A stretch of 64,000 nucleotides of DNA. Origin: an uncultured archaeon (GTDB lineage: Archaea; Altiarchaeota; Altiarchaeia; IMC4; SCGC-AAA252-I15). Below the pieces are notes generated by a model. It was not told where the DNA came from. It was given only the letters and a program-made list of their open reading frames with translations, and ran no database searches. This document shows, piece after piece, positions 56,370 through 64,000 of the stretch (position 1 is the first letter of the stretch; every line of letters begins with the position of its first letter). The position numbers and the translations under genes are program-made. The stretch is taken from the NCBI GenBank assembly GCA_964423225.1, contig CAYREE010000001.1:17419-81418 (forward strand). Direction: 5' to 3'.

Positions 56370-57629
56370 TTATTTATAAATCGGAAACCTAGAGGATAGT
56401 TCAGCTGCTTTCGCAGATACCTCAATTTTCACTGAATCGTCTGATATATTATCGATTACATTGGTGATCAACTCACCGATATTAACCATCTCCTGCTTCT
56501 TCATCCCCCGGGTAGACACGCAAGGCGTTCCAAGCCTTAATCCAGAGGTGATAAACGGCTTTTCAGGATCGAATGGTATTGTATTCTTATTCACGGTTAT
56601 GCCGGATTCATTCAATGCTGTTTCAGCCAGCTTGCCAGTGATGCCTTTACTCTGCAAGTCAATGAGCATTAGATGATTGTCTGTTCCACCAGACACAATC
56701 CTTAAACCCTTATCAGACAATGTCTTTGCCAGTTGTTTAGAGTTTTCAACTATCTGTTTTTGAAGATTCTTCCTCTCAACACCCATATTCTCTTTGAAAC
56801 ATACTGCTTTTGCAGCGATAACATTCATAAAAGGCCCTCCCTGTATGCCAGGAAAAACCGACCGATCCACGTCTTTAGCATATTCCTCACGACACATCAC
56901 CATTGCACCACGAGGTCCCATAAGAGTCTTATGCGTAGTAGTAGTTATGAAATCAGCGTATTTCACAGGGCTTGGATGAATACCTGCAGCGATTAATCCC
57001 GCAATATGACAGATATCTGCCATAAGATAAGCGCCTACTTCATCTGCAATCTCCCGGAATGCCTTGAAATCCACGGCCCTAGGATAGGCACTATAACCAC
57101 ATACTATCAGTTTTGGCTTTGTCTTCTTTGCTATTGACAAGACTTCTGCAGGATCTATTGTTTCACTCTCCTTGTTGACAGTATAGAATTCACCGTGATA
57201 TATTTTTCCTGAAAAATTTATCTTGTATCCATGACTCAGATGCCCGCCATGAGACAAATCCATTCCCAAGATCGTGTCTCCCGGAGATAATACCGAGAAA
57301 TAAACCGCCATATTTGCCTGTGTTCCAGAATGTGGTTGAACATTAACATGCTCTGCCTTGAAAAGCTTTTTAGCCCGTTCGACTGCAAGATCCTCTGCAA
57401 CATCCACGTATTCACAACCACCATAATATCGCTTATGAGAATATCCTTCAGCATATTTGTTTGTCATGACACAGGACACGGTTTCCCTTACAGCTTGACT
57501 ACAATAACTCTCACTAGCTATTAGATTAATTCCTTCCTGACGGGCCTTCTCAAGTGTAATAGCATCATATATTTCCAAATCTACTTCGGAAAGACCCTTG
57601 TTAAAAGATTCTGTTGTAATTTGAACCAC
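56370..57629 (-). CDS. glyA: Serine hydroxymethyltransferase
   Basis: Contains LIASESY and [15 protein letters not shown], with the PLP-Lys region [13 protein letters not shown]. Confidence 0.92.
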   Translation of the reverse strand: MVQITTESFNKGLSEVDLEIYDAITLEKARQEGINLIASESYCSQAVRETVSCVMTNKYAEGYSHKRYYGGCEYVDVAEDLAVERAKKLFKAEHVNVQPHSGTQANMAVYFSVLSPGDTILGMDLSHGGHLSHGYKINFSGKIYHGEFYTVNKESETIDPAEVLSIAKKTKPKLIVCGYSAYPRAVDFKAFREIADEVGAYLMADICHIAGLIAAGIHPSPVKYADFITTTTHKTLMGPRGAMVMCREEYAKDVDRSVFPGIQGGPFMNVIAAKAVCFKENMGVERKNLQKQIVENSKQLAKTLSDKGLRIVSGGTDNHLMLIDLQSKGITGKLAETALNESGITVNKNTIPFDPEKPFITSGLRLGTPCVSTRGMKKQEMVNIGELITNVIDNISDDSVKIEVSAKAAELSSRFPIYK

Positions 57630-57686
57630 CCTAAAGGATAAGTATTTTGTGAAAAAAGATTAAAAAACAGTTTGCCCCCATTTTTT

Positions 57687-58271
57687 TCAAGAGAATGGAT
57701 ATAATGTGAGTTTAACATCCTTGATTATGTTAGGAGTAACTGTATTAATTTCCGTTATCGGGCCAATCTTCGGGATGAACTTGAATTTTATTTTCTTTGA
57801 AGCAAGGACTGCAGAATCTGCATGGAATCTAAGCCTTACAAGATCCCCGCGAGTAACATAGCCCAATGCATAATTCGGGCCCTGATCCACATACTCGACC
57901 CAGAAGCTGATAGAACCTACCGCAGTCGTACCAGATCCGTTGTACTCCATCTCCTGCGACCAGGAGGGGGTTGTAACAACCAGAAGTGAGTCGTTTAAGT
58001 CAATTGAATCAGATCCAGGACCAAGTCTTATAATTACTTCAAAATCCTCTATATCTCCATCAGAACCATCAGTGACTGTAACATCAATAATTGATGCAGT
58101 CTGGCTTACACCCTTCTTTGCCTTAGATTGAGTTTTAATTGATTCTGTTCGAAGATGGCCTGTAGTAAGGATTATGACGGTCGCAGCAGCTGCAGCAACA
58201 AGAATAATAGCGATAAATATAATTAGAGTGCTTATACCCATAAGCCCTTTGCTTTTAGCGGATTTCTTCAT
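57687..58271 (-). CDS. flaB: Archaellin-type (FlaB/ArlB-like) type IV pilin-like protein, copy 1
   Basis: Class III signal peptide MKKSAKSKG|LMGISTLIIFIAIILVAAAAATVII, with a conserved DGSDGDIEDFE block. The ATG at 58271 is preferred. Confidence 0.72.
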   Translation of the reverse strand: MKKSAKSKGLMGISTLIIFIAIILVAAAAATVIILTTGHLRTESIKTQSKAKKGVSQTASIIDVTVTDGSDGDIEDFEVIIRLGPGSDSIDLNDSLLVVTTPSWSQEMEYNGSGTTAVGSISFWVEYVDQGPNYALGYVTRGDLVRLRFHADSAVLASKKIKFKFIPKIGPITEINTVTPNIIKDVKLTLYPFS

Positions 58272-58362
58272 AGTATCCCTTCCGCCAAACCAACCCACAG
58301 ATAAGTATAGAATATTATAGTACTACTATTAATAAATTGTAAAAAAAATGATATAAAAAATA

Positions 58363-58962
58363 TTATACGTTTATCGCTAGAGGATAAAGGTTTACTTTAG
58401 TATCCTTCACCCGGGCAGGAGTAGTGCACTCTGCAATGGCTGGCTGACCATTCTTTATGATGAACTTGATTTTCATCTTCTTTGATTCAGGCAGGCTTGA
58501 TTCCGCACTGAACCTAATTTTAACAAGATCATCCCAGTTTATACCGTGTTCTCGATAATTCACACCCTGTCTAAGATACTCTACAAAAAATACTGATGTT
58601 CCTGACGAAGTCGTACCAGATCCATTATACAGCATGTCCTGGCTCCATGCAGTAGTACTAGCAATCAGTATTGTATCATTAAATGATACGGGATCCTCAC
58701 CACTAGTCATCTTCATAATAATCTCAAATGCCTCTATGTCACCATCAGAACCATCCGAGCCGACAATACTAATTATCTCAATCGAGGATTCTAAAGCGCG
58801 TTCAACATCCATCTTCTTCTTTAAAGCCACAACACGCAAGTCACTTCCTTTGATCATCAAAAGACCAGCAGCAAGAGCAGCAATCAAGATAATAGCAACA
58901 AGAATGATAAGGGCACTGATACCTACCAATCCCTTCTTATCAGATAAACGAATTGTTTTCAT
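58363..58962 (-). CDS. flaB: Archaellin-type protein, copy 2
   Basis: SDKKG|LVGISALIILVAIILIAALAAGLL, collinear with copies 1 and 3. Confidence 0.72.
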   Translation of the reverse strand: MKTIRLSDKKGLVGISALIILVAIILIAALAAGLLMIKGSDLRVVALKKKMDVERALESSIEIISIVGSDGSDGDIEAFEIIMKMTSGEDPVSFNDTILIASTTAWSQDMLYNGSGTTSSGTSVFFVEYLRQGVNYREHGINWDDLVKIRFSAESSLPESKKMKIKFIIKNGQPAIAECTTPARVKDTKVNLYPLAINV

Positions 58963-59032
58963 AAGCCCCCTCTCTAATATTATGATAATAAAGGCATAAA
59001 AAACATAAAAGGTGTCTGATAACCATATTTTT

Positions 59033-59623
59033 TCAGATTGCCAGAGGATAAAGGTTCACTTTCGTCTCCCTAATACTCATTGGAGTTGTGAACTCTATGA
59101 TGCTTATAAAACCATTCTTAGGAGTTATCTTGAGTTTGATCTGCTTACCCGAATTGATAGAAGTATCAGCATGGAATCTGATTTTCACTATATCTCCCCT
59201 GTTAAGATAATCAATCTGATAATCAGGCCCCGTCTTAAGCCATTCAATCCAATACTGGATAGAACCAACAGCAGATGTTCCAGAACTATTATACTCCATT
59301 TCCTGAGCCCAAATGCTCGTTGTCGCATGTAGGATAGTGTAGTTAAAGTGGATGGGATCGGAACCAGGCTGTAGTTTTGCAAGAATAATGAAATCCTCAA
59401 TATCCCCATCAGAACCATCAGTGCCCATGACATGCATAATACTAAATGCTGCACCAACAGAATCCTCGACAAGATCAGCCTTAAAAATAGCCTCCTGTTG
59501 CAAGGCAGAACCAGCACCAATAATCACAGCCGTAGCAACAGCGGCAACAAGTACTATCGCAAGAAAAATTATCAGTCCACTAATGCCCATAGCACCCTTA
59601 TTGGATGCGAGAATATAATCCAC
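59033..59623 (-). CDS. flaB: Archaellin-type protein, copy 3
   Basis: ASNKG|AMGISGLIIFLAIVLVAAVATAVII, with a GTG start. Confidence 0.72.
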   Translation of the reverse strand: MDYILASNKGAMGISGLIIFLAIVLVAAVATAVIIGAGSALQQEAIFKADLVEDSVGAAFSIMHVMGTDGSDGDIEDFIILAKLQPGSDPIHFNYTILHATTSIWAQEMEYNSSGTSAVGSIQYWIEWLKTGPDYQIDYLNRGDIVKIRFHADTSINSGKQIKLKITPKNGFISIIEFTTPMSIRETKVNLYPLAI

Positions 59624-59714
59624 CCCTAATTACCCCCCAATAGATGAATATATGATTAACAATATAAAAGATAATGGGTTTAAATAAAAGAAAACCCCAG
59701 TATATATCCAATTT

Positions 59715-59787
59715 GGGCCTGTAGCCTAGTGGATAGGGCGACAGCCTTCTAAGCTGTAGACCGTGGGTTCGAATCCCACCAGGCCCG
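59715..59787 (+). tRNA. tRNA-Arg (anticodon TCT)
   Basis: Hand-folded cloverleaf. The acceptor stem is GGGCCTG/CAGGCCC, the D arm GCCT-AGTGGATA-GGGC, the anticodon arm ACAGC-CTTCTAA-GCTGT, the variable loop AGACC, and the T arm GTGGG-TTCGAAT-CCCAC. The discriminator is G. No CCA is encoded. Confidence 0.88.
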
Positions 59788-59902
59788 CAACGGCTCGCAA
59801 ACGAGACATTCGTCTCGTTGCGCACGAAGAGGCAAAACTAGACTCTTCGTTGCGCTCCGTTGACACGCGAGACGAATAATGAGGGATTAACAGATCCCTC
59901 AT
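59788..59902 (+). ncRNA. GC-rich structured element (three strong hairpins) immediately 3' of tRNA-Arg; identity unknown
   Basis: Hairpin A is CGCAAACGAGAC-attc-GTCTCGTTGCG (59796-59822). Hairpin B is CGAAGAG-n11-CTCTTCG (59825-59849). Both are enclosed by CAACGG/CCGTTG (59788-93 with 59857-62). Hairpin C is TGAGGGAT-n6-ATCCCTCA (about 59879-59902). Confidence 0.3.
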
Positions 59903-59912
59903 ATGCATCATA

Positions 59913-60122
59913 ATGATATCACCCACTAAACTAAATGAAAAAGATATCTTTATAATAGCTCTCTCAATGTGGATTGGTTGCATTAGCGGTGCAATAGGAG
60001 GTGTAGTAGTCTCTATATGCTCAATAGCGGGTTGTGGAATTGAAACCATAATATTCTTGATTATAATTGGGTTTGGGTGCCTTTTTGTCTTTTTATCACT
60101 ATATCAACACTTCAAAAAATAA
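59913..60122 (+). CDS. Small hydrophobic protein (2 TM helices)
   Basis: 69-aa ORF followed by a GC hairpin (CCGGCCC-gtca-GGGCCGG) and a T-run. Confidence 0.3.
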   Translation: MISPTKLNEKDIFIIALSMWIGCISGAIGGVVVSICSIAGCGIETIIFLIIIGFGCLFVFLSLYQHFKK

Positions 60123-60221
60123 TCAGATATAAGCGAAGCTCCCGGCCCGTCAGGGCCGGTAGGAGGTATCGGAACCTTAGGTTCTGATTTTTAATCTGAA
60201 AACACGTATTATTTGAAAACA

Positions 60222-60395
60222 ATGTCGAAGTTATGGATTTATCCTGAGTTAAGGTTGATTAAAGCCCTTCAGAACAGACATACGATAAATGAACTAAAGA
60301 CGATTATCAACTCCCAGTTTCATGGGGGGATAGAGGTTAGAACTGATAGAGATATAGAGAAGATTATGAAGGGAAGGACTATTTTAAACAAATAA
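60222..60395 (+). CDS. Hypothetical small protein
   Basis: The ATG at 60222 lies within track ORF 60213..60395. No motifs. Confidence 0.2.
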   Translation: MSKLWIYPELRLIKALQNRHTINELKTIINSQFHGGIEVRTDRDIEKIMKGRTILNK

Positions 60396-60437
60396 ACCCG
60401 GATTAATACAGTCTTTAAATATACTTTCTAATTATGA

Positions 60438-62576
60438 GTGATGAAGTATAGTGAAACCCAGAAAGATATGTTGGTAGTATTCACAACATCTATGATCATA
60501 TACCTTGCCACCCTCAGCCCGACGATAACGGCAGGGGATGGTGGAGACCTAATAACAGCTGCATACACTCTTGGAATAGCTCACCCAGCAGGATATCCAC
60601 TATACACTATCCTTGGGCATGTGTTCACATTTATACCCTACGGTTCCATCGCATACAGGATCAATCTATTATCTGCGTTTGCAGCATCATTAACAGCAGT
60701 GCTTTCATGCCTGACAATCAAACTCTTAACCAAGAACAGGTATTCTGCAATAGGTGGTGGATTAATACTAGCTTTCTCACAGAACCTTTGGAATCAGGCA
60801 GTAATCGCTGAAACATATACACTGAACGCATTCTTCATTGCACTTATGGCATACCTCACAGTAAAATGGAGTATTAAAAAAGATGTTAGATACCTATACT
60901 ATCTTGCATTTTCATTCGGCATCGGACTAACAAATCATGTATCACTAATAATGGTGCTTCCAGCATTCATCTATCTAATATACATGCTTTCGAAAAAATC
61001 CAAGAAAAAAATAAAGAATAATACAATAGTAAAATGCATTGGCTATATGCTACTTGGACTGATGTTATACTTGTATCTACCGATACGCGCATCAATGGAT
61101 CCGGTCTACAACTGGGCAGACCCAAGCACAATAGAAAGGTTCATAAGCCATGTGACAGGATCAGTCCACCGTCAACTTTATGCATATCCTCAAGCCGACG
61201 TGGATGTGGCCGAGAGATCTGGAGAGGTTTTAACACTCTTGTTCAATCAGTATTCTATACTATGGCTGCTTGTTATAATCGGTTACAAACAAATCAAGAA
61301 GTCTCGAGAGTTCATGATATTCACCCTAATCTTCTTTGCATCAGATTTTTTATACACTGTTTTTTTGAATACAATCTCCCTTGAGATAACAGCATTTCAG
61401 ATACCGACCACGGTTATCGCAAGCATATGGATCGGTTACGGACTAAAGGGAGTTTTTGATCGGTTCAAGATCAAGAAAAAAAGCGATAAGGTATGGATAA
61501 TACTACTTGTCCTCTTAATCATCCCAATCATCTTGAATTACAGTACAAACAACTATCGGAACAACCTGATAGCATACGACTACGGAGTGAATATACTAAA
61601 TACTCTAGAGGATGATGCAGTCATATTCGCTGAAGGAGACAACAATATCTTGATATTATATTATCTATTGTATGCTGAGGGCATGCGAGAAGACGTCACA
61701 TTAATTGAACAGACAGGTTTCCTAAGCCATGAGATCTATGGGATAGACTACTTATACCTGCCTGAAAGCCAACACCTAGAAAGACAAGATGAGATAGAGG
61801 CAAAATACATTTATTCAGACAGACCAGTCTACTACACAGTCAAACGAGACTTCAGTGCATATCCAGATAAAAAAATAGTGCAAGAAGGATTAGTCTTCAA
61901 GGTTATCGATAAAGAGGTGGAACATACACCCAAATATTATTGGGATTCATACACTTTTAGAGGAGCGGACGACAACTCTATCAGCAAAGACTATATGACA
62001 AACGACGTTATCGCAACATACTTTATCCGAAAAGGAGAATACCATTTCAGTCTAAACGAAATAGAAGATGCGATCAAAGAATTCAAAAAAGCAAGCTCTT
62101 ATGCACAAGATAATCCAGTAGTTGCATACAACCTAGGAAACATCTATCTGAAAGCAAAGATGCCAGAAGAAGCTATAACAGAATACCATAAAGCATTGAA
62201 GGCAAACCTATTTGATTCAAAACTCCATAACAACCTCGGATACGCTTATCTGAGTAATGGAGAGATCACAAAGGCTAAACTAGAATACTTAAATGCCATC
62301 AAAATAGATCCCACAAATCTTAGAGCACGACTTAATATCGCAGGTATATTATACCAAGAAGGTAATTTAAACGATGCAGTAATGGAATACAACCTGATAA
62401 TAAAACAGGATCCGACATATGCTACCGCCTACCGAAACCTGGGTGAAATCCTATATAGGGCAGGATTAAAGCAGAAAGCAGCGAAAGTATTCATTGATTA
62501 CCTCGAACTTAGGCCAAATACCCCTGAAACTGACAGGTTAAAAGCAAGGATTGCAGAAGGAGCTGAAACAACGTAA
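60438..62576 (+). CDS. DUF2723-type (PMT/GT-C-like) membrane glycosyltransferase with C-terminal TPR repeats
   Basis: The ITAGDGGDLITAAYTLGIAHPAGYPLYTILG signature is followed by about 10 TM helices. The C-terminus has 4-5 TPR units (AYNLGNIY..., HNNLGYAY..., YRNLGEIL...). Confidence 0.65.
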   Translation: MMKYSETQKDMLVVFTTSMIIYLATLSPTITAGDGGDLITAAYTLGIAHPAGYPLYTILGHVFTFIPYGSIAYRINLLSAFAASLTAVLSCLTIKLLTKNRYSAIGGGLILAFSQNLWNQAVIAETYTLNAFFIALMAYLTVKWSIKKDVRYLYYLAFSFGIGLTNHVSLIMVLPAFIYLIYMLSKKSKKKIKNNTIVKCIGYMLLGLMLYLYLPIRASMDPVYNWADPSTIERFISHVTGSVHRQLYAYPQADVDVAERSGEVLTLLFNQYSILWLLVIIGYKQIKKSREFMIFTLIFFASDFLYTVFLNTISLEITAFQIPTTVIASIWIGYGLKGVFDRFKIKKKSDKVWIILLVLLIIPIILNYSTNNYRNNLIAYDYGVNILNTLEDDAVIFAEGDNNILILYYLLYAEGMREDVTLIEQTGFLSHEIYGIDYLYLPESQHLERQDEIEAKYIYSDRPVYYTVKRDFSAYPDKKIVQEGLVFKVIDKEVEHTPKYYWDSYTFRGADDNSISKDYMTNDVIATYFIRKGEYHFSLNEIEDAIKEFKKASSYAQDNPVVAYNLGNIYLKAKMPEEAITEYHKALKANLFDSKLHNNLGYAYLSNGEITKAKLEYLNAIKIDPTNLRARLNIAGILYQEGNLNDAVMEYNLIIKQDPTYATAYRNLGEILYRAGLKQKAAKVFIDYLELRPNTPETDRLKARIAEGAETT

Positions 62577-62615
62577 ATCCTATTGATTTTTAGTATTCTC
62601 GGATAATATTTAATA

Positions 62616-63770
62616 ATGGAACGGGGGCTGGTTTGGAAGGTTTTAGAAGAATACGATCTAAGCAAGGCTAAGATAGGAGTCTTAGCCTCACATTCTGCAC
62701 TAGATATTGCTGATGGCGCTATTGAAGAAGGTTTTAAATCTGTATTATACTGCAGGAAAGGAAGAGACAAGACATACAGCAGATATTTTAAAAGCAAACG
62801 TGAAGGAGGTTCTGTAGTAAGAGGTATCGTCGATGAATTCAAAGTCTATGACCAATACGACGAGATTATCACACCAACACAACAGGAAGAGATGAGGAAG
62901 AATAATGTCTTATTCATACCCAACAGGTCTTTCACATCATATGTAAGCCTAGATAAGATAGAAGAAGAATTCAATGTCCCGATGATAGGCTCAAGAAACA
63001 TGCTAAGAACTGAAGAGCGTGGAGAAGAACAGGATTACTACTGGCTACTCGAACAAGCAGGACTACCATTTCCAGAAAAGATAGAAAATCCAGATGACAT
63101 CAACGAACTATCAATAATAAAACTACATCATAAAGAAAAAAAACTCGAGAGAGGATTCTTCACTGCAACAAGCCCAGAAGAATATGAGAAAAAATCACAA
63201 GAACTAATAAAGCAAAACGTGATAACAAAAGAATCCTTAGAACACGCACGAATAGAAAAATATATTATAGGCCCTGTATTCAACCTCGACTTCTTCTACA
63301 ATCCATTAGAAGAAGAATATGAGAAATTAGAGTTGATAGGCGTCGATTGGAGATTCGAATCAAGTCTAGACGGACATGTAAGACTCCCAGCCCCACAACA
63401 AATGGAACTAGTCGGAACAAAACAAGAGATACCAGAGATGACGGTATGCGGGCACAATAGCGCAACTCTAAGGGAATCCCTCCTAGAACGAGCCTTTGAA
63501 TTAGGGGAAAAATTCATTGAAGCTGCAAAGAAACACCATGATCCAGGAGTGATAGGCGCATTCTGCCTACAGACATGTGTAGACAAAGACTTGAACTATT
63601 ACATATATGATGTAGCTCCACGGATCGGTGGCGGGACAAACGTGCACGTTGCAGTCGGACACCCCTATGGAAATGCATTATGGAGAACACCAATGAGTAC
63701 GGGTAGACGAACCGCAAGAATGATAAAAGACGCAATAGAAGAAGATAGAGTAAAGGAGATTGTAACATGA
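62616..63770 (+). CDS. purP: 5-formaminoimidazole-4-carboxamide ribonucleotide (FAICAR) synthetase, ATP/formate-dependent
   Basis: IGVLASHSALDIADGAIEEGFKSV with an ATP-grasp C-terminal half; 384 aa. Confidence 0.82.
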   Translation: MERGLVWKVLEEYDLSKAKIGVLASHSALDIADGAIEEGFKSVLYCRKGRDKTYSRYFKSKREGGSVVRGIVDEFKVYDQYDEIITPTQQEEMRKNNVLFIPNRSFTSYVSLDKIEEEFNVPMIGSRNMLRTEERGEEQDYYWLLEQAGLPFPEKIENPDDINELSIIKLHHKEKKLERGFFTATSPEEYEKKSQELIKQNVITKESLEHARIEKYIIGPVFNLDFFYNPLEEEYEKLELIGVDWRFESSLDGHVRLPAPQQMELVGTKQEIPEMTVCGHNSATLRESLLERAFELGEKFIEAAKKHHDPGVIGAFCLQTCVDKDLNYYIYDVAPRIGGGTNVHVAVGHPYGNALWRTPMSTGRRTARMIKDAIEEDRVKEIVT

Positions 63771-64000
63771 GTAAAGTAATCAATGAAGTAAAAAATATCC
63801 TGGAAGAATATGACTCCAAGAAGATCTCGATAGCAACTATTGGCAGCCATTCAGCATTAAACATATTCAAAGGTGCGAAAGAAGAAGGATTCAAGACAGT
63901 ATGCATCATAATAAAAGGACGGGAAAAAATATACAAATATTTCGACCTAGTAGATGAATTCATCTACATAGACGACTACAATGAGATCCTAACAGATAAA
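63767..64000 (+). CDS. purP: PurP paralog, N-terminal part; the gene runs off the right edge
   Basis: An ATGA overlap with the upstream purP, reading MSKVINEVKNILEEYDSKKISIATIGSHSALNIFKGAKEEGFKTVCII... This is collinear with the upstream copy. Confidence 0.75.
   Translation, partial: MSKVINEVKNILEEYDSKKISIATIGSHSALNIFKGAKEEGFKTVCIIIKGREKIYKYFDLVDEFIYIDDYNEILTDK

Noticed and set aside
59726-60049. A 107-aa minus-strand ORF spanning tRNA-Arg and the hairpin element.
   Set aside because: It overlaps a confidently folded tRNA, and its reading frame is created by the GC-rich structured sequence. It is very likely spurious.
59715-60437. An integrated mobile element at the tRNA-Arg 3' end, suggested by the small orphan ORFs and hairpins downstream.
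   Set aside because: The window shows no integrase, no recognisable direct repeat of the tRNA 3' end, and no phage or plasmid genes. I kept only the structured element as a finding.

Overview
This is an AT-rich chromosomal segment (roughly 35-40% GC by eye) that reads as archaeal. I cannot assign a lineage from the sequence alone. The archaeal markers are a four-subunit 2-oxoacid:ferredoxin oxidoreductase (porGDAB order), FtsZ, a SecE-Spt5-L11-[insert]-L1-P0 cluster, SRP54, three tandem archaellin-type genes with class III signal peptides, tRNA-Arg(TCT) and tandem PurP genes.

The window falls into six parts:
- 1-8 kb: a Wzx/Wzy-type surface-glycan cluster.
- 8-21 kb: core energy, division and translation genes.
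- 21-24 kb: a small accessory patch.
- 24-34 kb: shikimate genes, LarB/LarC, and envelope or regulatory genes.
- 34-41 kb: a synthase-type polysaccharide cluster.
- 41-64 kb: a dispersed bacterial-type tetrahydrofolate C1 and purine supercluster (purN, folP, folC, fhs, purH, folD, glyA, purP x2), interleaved with membrane and hydrolase genes.

The most interesting candidates are:
- A two-gene cassette (YwgA/Panacea-like winged-helix protein plus a PD-(D/E)xK nuclease-fold protein) that has displaced a lipoprotein paralog, leaving a 3' relic. It is a possible new toxin-antitoxin or defence module.
- A divergent pair of Arg-rich orphan genes, one an HExxH zincin, wedged between L11 and L1.
- Three processive-type GT2 synthases, two of them coupled to membrane-anchored thioredoxin-fold partners.
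- A DRG GTPase broken by two in-frame TAA codons across its G4 motif.
- A remodelled ribosomal stalk locus: Lys/Glu (KE) tails on L11 and P0, no conserved P0 C-terminal peptide, and no P1 gene.

All functional calls rest on motif recognition by eye. No database search was possible.
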